A DNA stretch of 64,000 bases, from positions 15,004,001-15,068,000 of the forward strand of contig NC_135888.1 of the NCBI RefSeq assembly GCF_964194155.1, given 5' to 3'. The notes under the pieces were generated by a model that was not told where the DNA came from, searched no databases, and worked only from the letters and a program-made list of their open reading frames with translations. Of this stretch, positions 51,501-62,005 are shown piece by piece. Every line of letters starts with the position of its first letter. Position 1 is the stretch's first letter. The position numbers and the translations under genes are program-made. The stretch comes from Cetorhinus maximus (lineage: Eukaryota).

Positions 51501-51673
51501 TGTTATACCAAATCTGCTATAATGTGGCTATCCAATATTTACGCTATGTGTCCCGCGGTATAGAATCCAAACACATTTGCTGGTAACAATGTAACAAAGC
51601 GAAGGTAACACAAGCTTCCCTGGAACTTTCCAAAGTCGCCGAATCAAATTCGGAGTGTGTGACTGTCACTCAC

Positions 51674-51700
51674 CGCTGTGCTGAGTTCGTCCGTGACCAT
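51674..51700 (-). CDS. PHYHD1: PHYHD1 coding exon 1 (MVTDELSTA)
   Basis: ACAACATGG Kozak context, 27 nt, GCG|GTGAGT donor, phase 0 fits exon 2; CpG-rich surroundings. Confidence 0.75.
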
Positions 51701-52010
51701 GTTGTCTGAAAATATAGTCGCCTTCAGCCGAACAGCGAGACCGAGGAAGGAAAATGTCACTGCGTAAAGTCCAGCGGCTCCACTCTGCCTGTCACAATTG
51801 TGTGGACACACCCCAGACACTCGGGTCAATCTGTTGCCGGCGTTAACCGATGCAGGTCAGAGGGGCGTGTGTGTGTGTAAAAAACAAATATTTCACCATT
51901 GCAGTGGTTTCCCGAAACAAATATTTGAACTGGGGCCAGATTCTCCATATGACCGAAGAACAAGGTTAGAGTCAACGGAGAAGTTCCCAGTTGATTGGTC
52001 ACTGATTGAG
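51701..52010 (-). promoter_or_regulatory. Putative PHYHD1 promoter/5' UTR
   Basis: CpG-enriched stretch upstream of the start exon; CCAAT on minus near 51995. Confidence 0.45.
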
Positions 52011-52273
52011 GTTAATCTTTTACAAATACTGGCTAAGGAGCTTTTGAAAGGTTAATCTGTTAATTTTTTTTTGTCCCAGGTTCTTACGTGTACTTCTTAC
52101 ATGGCTCCTATATGAATGATTCTGGGTTTCCTAAAACACATTCACACACCAGCTTCAATATCCCACTGAACAGTTTTCCACTGCGGCGTAAAGACGCTGA
52201 GACCAGTGAAACAAAAACAGGAAATGCTGGAAAAACTCAGCAGGTCTAACAGGGTCTGTGGAGAGAAAAACAA

Positions 52274-52313
52274 GAGTTAACATTTCGAGTCGGTATGACT
52301 CTTCATCAGAGCT
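52274..52313 (-). ncRNA. Degenerate minimal type I hammerhead ribozyme in the Penelope 3' end
   Basis: Minus strand AGCT-CTGATGA-A-GAGTC ATACC GACTC-GAAA-TGTT-AACT; stem II intact, stem III CpG decayed. Confidence 0.7.
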
Positions 52314-52986
52314 AAAGGGAAGTAAAAATGTGATGAAATTTACACTGTTTAAGGGGAGTGGAGCAGGTGAAGTAGACTGAAAATAGGGTAAAAGGTGAGG
52401 CTATAACAATGAATAAAAATGAAAATAGATAAAAAGTAAGTGGATAAAAAAATAAAAATGGATATAGAAAGAAGGGGGTGAGGATGGAGGAGAGAGTTCA
52501 TGATCTGAAACTGTTGAACTCAGAAGGCTGAAAGTACCGGAAGATGAGATGCTGTTCCTCCAGTTTGCGTTGAGCTTCACTGGAACATTGCAGCAGGCCA
52601 AGGACGGACATGTGGGCATGAAAGCAGGGTGGTGTGTTGAAATGGCAAGCGACAGGAAGGTCTGGGTCATGCTTGCAGACAGACCAAAGACGTTCCGCAA
52701 AGCAGTCACTTGGTCTGAATTTGGTATCTCCAGTGTAGAGGAGACCACATTGGGAGCAGCGAATGCAGGTTAAATTGAAGGAGGTGCAAGTGAAATGCTG
52801 CTTCACCTGAAAGGAGTGCTTGGGCCCTTGGTTGGTGAGGAGAGGGGAAGTAAAGGGGCAAGTGTTACACCTTCTGTGGTTGCATGGGAAGGTGCCGTGG
52901 GAGGGGGTTGAGGTGTAGGGGGTGATGGAGGAGTGAGGAGTGGACCAGGGTGTTTCAGAGGAAATGGTCCCTACGAAATGCTGACA

Positions 52987-53071
52987 GGGGGGTGGGGGGT
53001 GGGGGGGTGGGGGGGGGTGGGGGGGTGGGGGGGTGGGGGGGGTGGGGGGGTGGGGGGGGGGGGTGGGGGGG
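52987..53071 (+). repeat. (G)nT G-rich tract inside the Penelope ORF
   Basis: About 85 nt of G runs separated by single T, flanked by direct repeat TGCTGACAGG. Confidence 0.9.
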
Positions 53072-55187
53072 TGCTGACAGGAAGATGTGTTTGGTGGTGG
53101 CATCATGCTGGAGTTGGCAGAAATGGTGGAGGATGATCCTTTGAATGTGGAGGCTGGTGGGGTGAAAAGTGAGGACAAGGGGGGCCCTGTCATGGTTCTG
53201 GGAGGGAGAGGAAGGTGTGAGGGCGGATGCGCGGGAGATGGGCCGGACACGGTTGAGGGCTCTGTCAACCACAGTGGGTGGAAAACCTTGGTTAAGGAAG
53301 AAGGAAGACATGTCAGAAGCGCCATTTTGGAAAGTGGCATCATCAGAACAGATGCGATGGAGGCGAAGGAACTGAGAGAATGGGATGGAGTCCTTCCAGG
53401 AAGCAGGGCATGAGGAGCTATAGTCAAGGTAGCTGTAGGAGTCAGTGGACATGTAATGAATATTGGTGGACAGTCTATCATCAGAAATTGAGACAGAGAG
53501 GTTAAGGAAGGGAAGGGAAGTGTCGGAGATGGAGCATGTGAAGGTGATGGAGGGGTGGAAATTGGAAGCAAAATTGGTCAATTTTCTAGGTCCAGATGAA
53601 AGCATGAAGTGGCACCAAAACAGTCATTGATGTACCGAAAAAAGAGTTGTGGGAGGGGGCCCGAGTAGAACTGGAACAAGGAGCGTTCCACATACCCCAT
53701 AAAGACACAGGCATAACTGGGGCCCATGCGGGTACCCATAGCCACACCTTTTATTTGGAGGAAGTGAGGCAAGTTTAAGGAGACATTGTTCAGTGAGAGA
53801 ACAAGTTCAGCCAGATGGAGGAGAGCGGTGGTGGATGGGGATTGTTCCGGCCTCTGTACAAGGAAAAAGCGGAGAGCCCTCAGACTATCCTAATGGGGGA
53901 TGGAGGTGTGGAGGGATTAGATGTCAATGGTGAAGAGGGGATGGTTAGGGCCAGGGAACTGGAAATTGTTGATATGACGTAGGGCATCAGAAGAATCGTG
54001 GATGAAGGTGGGAAGAGACTGGATAAGGGGAGAGAGAACAGAGTCAAGATAGGAAGAAATGAGTTCCATGGGGCAGGAACAGATTGACACAATCGGTGTA
54101 CCGGGACAGTCCTGTTTGTGGATTTTGGGGAGGAGGTAGAAGCGGGCTGCCCGGCATTGGGAGACTATGAGGTTGGAAGCTGTGGAGGGAAGATCTCAGA
54201 GGAGATGAGGTCAGTAACAGTCCTGGAAACAATGGCTTGATGTTCGGTGGCGGGGTCATGGTCCAGGGGGAGGTAGGAGGAAGTGTCTGAGAGTTGGCGC
54301 TCAGCCTCTGCGAGTTAGAGGTCAGTACTCCAGATAACAACAGGACCACCCTTGTTGGCAGGTTTGATGACAAAGTCAGGGTTGGACCCGAGAGAACGGA
54401 GTGCGGCAAGTTCAGAAGGAGACAGGTTAGAGTTGGTGAGAGGAGCAGAGAAATTGAGATGGCTGATGTCATGTTGACAGTTCTCAATGGAAAGATTAAG
54501 AGTAGGTAAGAGGCCAGAGGGAGGGGTCCAGATGGACGGAGAATACTGGAGACGGGTGAAAGGATCCATTGAACAGGGGGAGCCTCCTGCCCAAAGAAGT
54601 GAGCATAGAAACGAAGGCAGCAGAAGAAGAGTTCAGCATCATGCAGAGATCGAAATTCATTGAGGAGGGGGCGTAAGGGTATGAAACTGAGTCCTTTGCT
54701 GAGTACTGAATGTTCAGCATCAGAGAGGGGAAGGTCAGGGGGTATGGTGAATACACAGCAAGGGCTGGGATTAGAAGACGGGATGGGGTCAGGGGGATGG
54801 GAAGGGGTGGAAGGTCCTGGATGAGCGTGGTATCAATGAGTTGTTGGAGCTTGCGTTCCTTAGCACCTGAAAGAAAGGGACAAAGTTTCTTGTTAAGGCG
54901 TCGGATGAGACGAAGAATAAAATGAAACTGGGGACAAGGACAGCTTTGAGATAGGGTGAGATAGGGTGGAGGGAGAGGTCGAGTGTGTTCATATGGCGGC
55001 GCATGGCACTGAGTATGGATCTCAGGATGCGGCGAGAACAGCAGTCCAAGGAGCGTTGTATGTCCTGGAGATACCTGTAATCCTGTGTGGGTTCAAAACA
55101 TGAGGGATGGAACTTCAGTTGGAATCCACGTGGGGTAAGTCAGAGATGGACACAGTCACTGAGGAAGGAAATACGGCTGCGAAAGCG

Positions 55188-55353
55188 AGTTTTGGAAAAC
55201 ATCTTGTCAAACACCAGGAGGGAAATGGAAAGCAATGAAGGTGAACAGGGCAAAAGAGACAAATGGAAATCCTGTCAGAAATCTCTTTTGCCCTGTTCCC
55301 CTCCATTGCTTTCCATTTCCCAGCTGGTGTTTGACAAGGTGTTTACCAAAACT
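55188..55353. repeat. Inverted repeat (72-bp arms) at the Penelope 5' end
   Basis: 55188-55259 vs revcomp 55282-55353, 6 mismatches by hand count. Confidence 0.92.
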
Positions 55354-55525
55354 TGTGTTGGTGAAGTATAAGAGCCAATATAAACCTCAGTGAAAAGAAA
55401 GCCTAACCAACAAAGGATAACCATTAAAATATGATAATACTAGGCAGTAGGAGAAGTATGTGCCATTGTTTCATTCAAAATCTATCTAAATAATATGATA
55501 GGTGCATTTAGTTCAAATTGGTTGC

Positions 55526-55531
55526 TTTATT
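55526..55531 (-). terminator. Candidate polyadenylation signal of the LRRC8 gene
   Basis: AATAAA on minus about 70 nt after the stop. Confidence 0.45.
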
Positions 55532-55602
55532 TCCTTACATCCAGCATCTTTTTTCATGAGACATCAACTTCTTTGGGACTAAACTACTGACGTCTGATGC
55601 TG

Positions 55603-58017
55603 TTAGATCTGACCACCACCCATCTTTTCCCGTATTTCTAAAGGAAGTGACTCAACAACATAGTGTTCTATCACAAGTCCACTAAGCCTCAGCATTGGGC
55701 ATTGCCCTATTTCCACAGGGAGTTTTTCCAAGAGGTTTCCTTGAAGTTCCAGCTGAGATAGTTGGATGAGCTTTGCAATCTTCCCACTGACGGATGAGAT
55801 TAAGTTATTGCTTAGCTTCAGAGTCATGAGCTTGATACATTTGAAAAGCTGATCTGGTAGAGTGTCTATTTTATTGTAACCCAAATCCAAATAATACAGG
55901 TTTTTGAGGTTCCCAACATCTATTGGAATTACAGAAATGTTGTTGCTGTGTATGTCCAAATAATGCAGTTTATCAATAGTGAAAAGGACTTTTGGTAAAA
56001 CCTCAATCTGGTTGTTTGATAAGTAAAGATACTCAAGCTTCTTGATTGAATTAATAGTTGAAGGGATGGTCTTGATTATGTTGAACCAGAACTTCAAACA
56101 GGTTAAGTTTTGCAGATATTGCAAGTTGGAAATTTCTTCAATTTTGGTAAGATTGTTACCTTTAAGGTCCAAGACATGAAGTTTGGATAAAGCATAAGTG
56201 GCACTTGGGATTTTATCCAGTTCACAGTTGTGAAGTTCAATTTGAGTCAGATTTACCATTTTCTTTAAGATACTCAGGCTCGAGAGCTTGGTCTTATCAT
56301 TATGAATGCAAAGTTTGATCAAGTGGAATGCAACGTCGATGATAGTGGAGGGTATTTTAGAAAGACTTGTTTTTAGATAAAGGACTTTCAGAGAGCGAAG
56401 ACCCTTCATGGTTTCCAGTTCCAGAGCTTTTTTCTCAATGGCCAGCATTCCAGTTAGGTACAGCTCTTTCAGCTGGATCAGTTTGTAGATCCAATCGGGG
56501 ATTTCATCACGGCTCACATATTTAACTCCCACTTTCTTCAGTTGATTTCTCAGCCACATCAAAGCTGATGGTGTAACTTCGGTCACACAGTGTGAGAGCC
56601 AGATTTCTTCCAAGTGCTCAAGTTGGGTTATTTTGTTAGATATTTTAACATTGCTACAAAGCTCCAGCCTTAAGACCTGTAGGTCAGTAACTTCATAGAC
56701 AGATTCAGGAATTCCTGATAGCATGAAGAGGTACAACTCAAGCTGATCCTTCTTAGTTTTTTTTACATGTTGCTTCACCTTCTCCACAGTCCAATCATTA
56801 TTTAAACTTAATAATTTTAATTTTTGTTCACTCACTTCTGAGAGGAAGACTGTAAGACGTTTGCAATACAGAGTGTCATACTGATCAATCAAATGCAACA
56901 AGAAGGCAAAATCATTTCTTCCATCAGGGATATCACCAAACAGGCTTTCGCCTCGTTTCTCAAAGGAGTATATTTTCAGAGGTTTTCTGAAAACCCAACA
57001 TATTGTGTGGATGCCGAGTATCCAATAGATAATCACCAAACCCAGATACAGTAGGGCCAATTTCCCGATGAAACGAGCAGTGCTATAAGTACAATCAAAA
57101 GTCTTGTAAAAAACCAATTTTAGTGCATTAGGTTCACATAAATTATTAAAGTCGACAACATAAATATAGGCTGGAAAGTAACCAATAATAATTAAACAAT
57201 GTATTGTTTTGAACAATGTTTGGCCAGCATATAATTTATAGATTGTATCTTTCTCTTCAACATGGAATCTGAATTTCCTTACTTTCTCAAACAAAGCTTT
57301 GGCTTGCTCTGCATCCTTCTTGTCCATGGTTGAGGCAGGTACTGTCACGTTTGAGTGAATACGTGTGGGAAGTTTAATAGTTGATGTATCTCCTATAGTA
57401 CTGATGGTCTCAGTGTCATTTTCAGTGGTCTTTGGTGATGCCAAGGCTTCTTCCTGTTCACTGGCATCTACACAGATTGCTGTAGATAGTGCCTTGGATG
57501 TCCATGGTGACTGAAAACACTTTTGAAGGATGTCAAGAAATTGTTGCAATTTGGAGCTTGTTTTAGGATATGTGAAACAGAAGTTACTGCAGGTAATCAG
57601 GACAACTGTGTGGAATAAAATTAGATAAGAGAAGAACCTAGTAAACCAGGGAATTTGAGTATAACACATTTGATTGATATACCAGTACTGCCAAACGTAT
57701 AGCTTTGTAACCATCCCTTGGCGGACAGAAGGAAATGTATCTGGATTCATAAGTACTTCTGGATTGTCACTGATATCAGACATTCCTGGAGTATCTTGCA
57801 TGGGTGCACTAATCTCACTGTGTGCCCTTCCATTATTTTTGGGATGTGGCAAACAGAAAGTCTCATCCATGTAAAGCTGAATGCTGCAGCCAAAGATAGC
57901 CAACAACAACATAATAATAGTCAGGTAATCCATGAAGGTGTCCCACCAAGGTTTGAAGACCTTGTAGGCAGGTTGCTTATTGTCTTCCAAAATTGAAATA
58001 TTGCTGATCGAAAACAT
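55603..58017 (-). CDS. LRRC8-family volume-regulated anion channel subunit, 804 aa, divergent LRRC8D-like paralog; single coding exon
   Basis: KPWWD, INQMCY, PWT, EQAKALFEKV, NDFAF, DQYD motifs, four TM segments and C-terminal LRRs; acceptor tttattttcag|GT ATG TTT defines the start at 58017 (the 55 extra residues of the listed ORF are intron/SINE). Confidence 0.95.
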   Translation of the reverse strand: MFSISNISILEDNKQPAYKVFKPWWDTFMDYLTIIMLLLAIFGCSIQLYMDETFCLPHPKNNGRAHSEISAPMQDTPGMSDISDNPEVLMNPDTFPSVRQGMVTKLYVWQYWYINQMCYTQIPWFTRFFSYLILFHTVVLITCSNFCFTYPKTSSKLQQFLDILQKCFQSPWTSKALSTAICVDASEQEEALASPKTTENDTETISTIGDTSTIKLPTRIHSNVTVPASTMDKKDAEQAKALFEKVRKFRFHVEEKDTIYKLYAGQTLFKTIHCLIIIGYFPAYIYVVDFNNLCEPNALKLVFYKTFDCTYSTARFIGKLALLYLGLVIIYWILGIHTICWVFRKPLKIYSFEKRGESLFGDIPDGRNDFAFLLHLIDQYDTLYCKRLTVFLSEVSEQKLKLLSLNNDWTVEKVKQHVKKTKKDQLELYLFMLSGIPESVYEVTDLQVLRLELCSNVKISNKITQLEHLEEIWLSHCVTEVTPSALMWLRNQLKKVGVKYVSRDEIPDWIYKLIQLKELYLTGMLAIEKKALELETMKGLRSLKVLYLKTSLSKIPSTIIDVAFHLIKLCIHNDKTKLSSLSILKKMVNLTQIELHNCELDKIPSATYALSKLHVLDLKGNNLTKIEEISNLQYLQNLTCLKFWFNIIKTIPSTINSIKKLEYLYLSNNQIEVLPKVLFTIDKLHYLDIHSNNISVIPIDVGNLKNLYYLDLGYNKIDTLPDQLFKCIKLMTLKLSNNLISSVSGKIAKLIQLSQLELQGNLLEKLPVEIGQCPMLRLSGLVIEHYVVESLPLEIREKMGGGQI

Positions 58018-58084
58018 ACCTGAAAATAAATGCAAAAATTTAAAGTGATATTTGAAACTTACATTTTGTAGACACTTAGGGGAA

Positions 58085-60665
58085 GGGTTGCATAGTGTTA
58101 ATGTTACTGGACCAGTAATCCCGAGGCCCAGACACTTGAGTTCAAATCCCACCAACATGGCAGCTGGGGAATTTAAATTCAATTAATGAATAAACGTGGA
58201 ACTTAAAAGCTGGTCTCAATAATGAGGATCATGAAATGACTGGGATTTCATAAAACTGATCTGGCTCACTAGTGTCCTTCAGGGGAGAAAATCTCCCATC
58301 CTTACCCGGTCTAGCCTATACGTGACCCACAGCAATGTGGTTGACTGCCCTCTGAAATAGTCTAGCAAGCCACTCAGTGACATCAAACTGCTACAGAAAA
58401 GTTAAATAAGAATAAAACCAGACAGATCATCCTGTGTCGGCCTAGGCACTTAAAGACAAACTCAGACACAGCCCAGTTGAGCCTGGAATATCCGCCCCAC
58501 TAACCTCTAGGGACTTGTGCCACAATTGGGAGAGCTGTCCCACAGATTAGGCAAGCAATATCCTGATATAATCACACTCACCAAATCACACTTTAGAGCC
58601 AATGTCCCAGACTCCTCCAACATTATACCCACTAGAGGTGGCATCACAGTGATATATAGTCAGGAGGAGACCTTAACAATGACTCTGGACCTTATGAATT
58701 CTCATGACATCAGGTCAAACATGGGCAGGAAAACATCCTGCTGATTACCACTTATCACCCTCACTCAGTTGATGAATCAGTACTCATCTATGCTGAACAC
58801 CACATGGAGAAAGCAAGGGCAATGAATGTACTCTGAGTGAGGGATTTCAATGACTTATCACCAAGACTGGCTTGGTAGTACCACATCTAACTGAGCTGGC
58901 TGAATCTTGAAGCACATATTTGGGACTGGGCCTTTGGCAGGTGATGGGCAAACCAACTAGAAGGAAAATCTACTTGACTTCATCCTCACCAATCTACCTG
59001 TCACAGATGCATCTATCCATGACAGAAATGTTAGGAGTGACCACCACTCAGGCCCCTTTAAGTAAAGATCTTTCCTCACTCTAAGGACACCCTCCATTCT
59101 GTTATGACACTACCACTGTACTATATGGAATAGATTCAGAAAAGATTTGGCAGTTCAAAACTGGACATCCAAGAGGTGCTGTTTCCTGTAAAACAATCTG
59201 TTACCTCATGGCTCAGCATGGCCCTCACTCTACCATCACTGTCAAGCCAGTGGACCAACTCCGGTTCAATGAGGAATGTAGGAGACCATGTCAGGAGCAG
59301 CACCCTGCATAATTAAAAATGAGATGCCAACCTAGTGAAGTTACAACATAGGACTACAGGCATGCTAAATAGTGAAAGTAGCATTCTATAGACAGAGTTA
59401 AGCGATCCACAACCAATAAGATAGATTGAAGCTCTGCAGTCTTGTCACATCTAGTTGTGAATGGTGGTTAACAATTAAATATCTAACTGCAGGAGGAAGC
59501 TCCACAAATTTTTCCATTCTCAATGATGGGGGAGCCTAGCACATCAGTGCAAAAGACAAAGCTGAAGCATTTGTCATCATCTTCAGCAAGAAGTATCGAT
59601 TGGATGATCCATCTCGGCCTCTTTTTGAAGTCCCCAGCATCACTGATGCCAATCTTCAGCCAATTCAATTCACTCCACACTATGTCAACAAATGGCTGAA
59701 GCTTCCAGATACCACAAAGGCTTTGGGCCCTGACAACATGACAGCAGTAGTACTAAAGACTTGTCCTCCAGAACTAGCTGCATCCCTAGCCAAGCTGTTC
59801 CAGTACAGCTACAACACTGGTATCTATACAACAATGTGGAAAATTGCCCAGGTATGTCCTGTCCACAAAAAGCAGGACAAGTCCAATTCAGCCAATGATC
59901 AGCTCAAGAGTCTACTCTCAATCATCAGAAAAGTGATGGAAGGTGTCATTGACAATTAGCACTTACTCAGCAAAAACCTACTCACCAATGCTCAGTTTGG
60001 ATACAGCCAGGTCCACTTGGCTCCAGAGCTCTTCAGAGCCTTTGTCCAAGCATGGTCAAAACAACTGAATTCCAGAGGTGGTTGACGATGTCTGCCCTTG
60101 TCATCAAGGCAGCATTTGACCAGGGTGGCATCAAGGAGCCCTAGCAAAATTGAGATCAATGGAAGTCAGGAGAAACTTTCCACTGAGTGCACTCATACCT
60201 AGCATATAGGAAGATGGTTGTGGTTGTTGGAGGCCAATAATCTTAATCCCAGGACATTGCTGCAGGAGTTCCTCAGGGTAGTGTCCTAGGCCCAAACATC
60301 TTCAGCTACTTCATCAAAGACTTTCCCTCCATCATAAGGTCAGAAGTGATGATCTATGCTGATAATTGCATGGTGTTTTACACCATTCAGAACTCCTCAG
60401 ATACTGAAGCAATCCATGTCTCCATGCTGCAAGGCCTGGTTTTCATTAATAAGTGGAAGTAACATACACAAAATGCAAGGCAATGACAATCTCCAACAAG
60501 AGAGAATCTAGCCATTTCCTCTTTACATTTAATGGCATTTCCATTGCTGAATCCCCGCCATCAATGTCCTTTGGGTCACCATTGACCAGACACTTAACTG
60601 GAACAGTCATAAAAATGGCTGTGACTACAAGAGCAGATCAAAGACTGGAAATTCTGTGGTGACTA
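58085..60665 (+). mobile_element. Degenerate CR1/L2-group LINE with a tRNA-like 5' head, 3'-truncated
   Basis: B-box GAGTTCAAATCCC at 58138; APE remnants (PDIITLTKS, GDFN, LLDFILTN); RT remnants (KALGPDN, WKIAQVCPVHKK, GVPQGSVLGP, YADN). Confidence 0.85.
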
Positions 60666-60669
60666 ACGG

Positions 60670-61293
60670 GCATTTGAACGTTGCTGAGAGACCCTGAGCA
60701 AACATTTCTCCCATGTTCAGGGGCACTATGCGCCCTCCAGTTTCTCAGCTGGTGTGTCGTCTGGTGGTGGCAGACCTGGAGGCCCGTCATCTGGGTGCTA
60801 TGTTGCACTCACCTTGCCAGAATGAAGGTTATTGAACCTCTTTGGCACCGAACCAAGGTCCTCCTCACGATACTGCAGCTGCTCACTTGCTTTGCCATCT
60901 CCAGCCGGGCCTGTTTGGTTTCGCTGGTGACCTGTTCTTTCCACCCTCTGACAAGCAGACTCCTCATCCTGCTCACACAGCCTCCAGCATCACCTGAAAG
61001 GTGGCATTAATGAACATTAGTGCCACCCTGCCACAGGTGCCTGGCCTCTGTCTTGCCTCCTCCTGCCTGCCATTGCATTGCAGGACGGCTGCCAGAATAA
61101 TAGTTGGCAGCTGACTGGCACTTTCAGGAACCCAACTCCATCCCAAGACTGCCACTGTTAATTGGCCACCAAACCATCCTCCAGCCAATTAGAACTGTTC
61201 CCCGGGAAAATCATGACCCGTGACTGCTTCCCCTTTGGAGCGGGGTCAGGACTCAGGAATTGTACCGATATCACCATATGGAAAATCTTGCCC
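60670..61293 (+). mobile_element. Harbinger-type MITE remnant (right end)
   Basis: Ends GGAAAATCTTGCCC; GC-rich with TTAATTGGCC motif; a similar remnant lies at about 62835-63380. Confidence 0.55.
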
Positions 61294-61984
61294 CATAACT
61301 CTTGCCAGAAAGGGGGATATTGAAGTGAGAATGGGACAGAGTCAGCTGTGATATCTTGAATAGAAGAATGCAAAAATGTGTAAAAGCAATCGGGCTATGG
61401 TAAATGATCACACACAAGCAGTACAATGTATTTACTAGTTACATGTAGAAACAACAACTTATGAGTACAGAATGAGAATATTTTTCAAAGGCAGAGACCA
61501 ATTAGTAAAGAGAGAAATAACTAGATAGGAAACAAATATTTTTACTTACTCAAGACGGGATTTTGGACTGGACTAAATATAAATAGATAGCTTTCTCAGT
61601 AAACATCAGAATTTGTATTTTACAACTTATAAAGATAATATAAAATTATTTAAAATTGCAAAATTAATTATTTGTTCAAACTGATTTAAAAATTAACTGA
61701 CATCTGCCTGAGAAATATTGATGAAGTTCTAACAAATAGATTTAGAATGTTTCTATTGATGATACTGAATTTTGAACTTTTGATTGTCTTCAATATTCCA
61801 ATTCTTCTGCATTCATTCAAACTCTTGATGTCACAAAAACTGATAGGCATGACCTATCCTGGAGCTGGGCTGTCATCCATTCTTTGAATATATGAATGTC
61901 TTGAGCTTAGCACATGACCTTCACAGTTACAGCTATCCTATTTCAAAGTGTCATATCTTGTTCAATGTTTAAAATAACCCTAAA

Positions 61985-62005
61985 AGAGAGAGAGAGAGAG
62001 AGAGA
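61985..62005. repeat. (AG)n microsatellite
   Basis: About 10 AG units. Confidence 0.9.

Larger units (their letters stand above)
52208..55281 (-). mobile_element. Penelope-like retroelement, near full length, degenerate
   Basis: RT motifs (QIKGVAMGTRMGPSYA, FFRYIND, SLPFLNLSV, SIPFSQFLRLHRICS) and GIY-YIG region (CIRCSQCGLLYTGDT...HF); 3' end with hammerhead core. Confidence 0.92.

Noticed and set aside
52498-53571. 357-aa proline-rich ORF as a novel host gene
   Set aside because: Mostly an alternative frame of the frameshifted Penelope RT plus the G-run expansion; only the C-terminal part is the true GIY-YIG frame
55603-58017. Naming this gene LRRC8A from synteny
   Set aside because: It lacks LRRC8A diagnostic sequence (MIPVTELR, CLPC, R103 motif, VDAVCY) and has an uninterrupted CDS; left without a symbol
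58018-58182. 55-aa N-terminal extension in the listed 859-aa ORF
   Set aside because: It crosses a strong splice acceptor two bases before the family-typical Met and runs into an antisense SINE-like head
61544-61620. Upstream non-coding exon of the LRRC8 gene
   Set aside because: A GA|GTAAGT donor exists on minus at 61550 but nothing else supports an exon without transcript data
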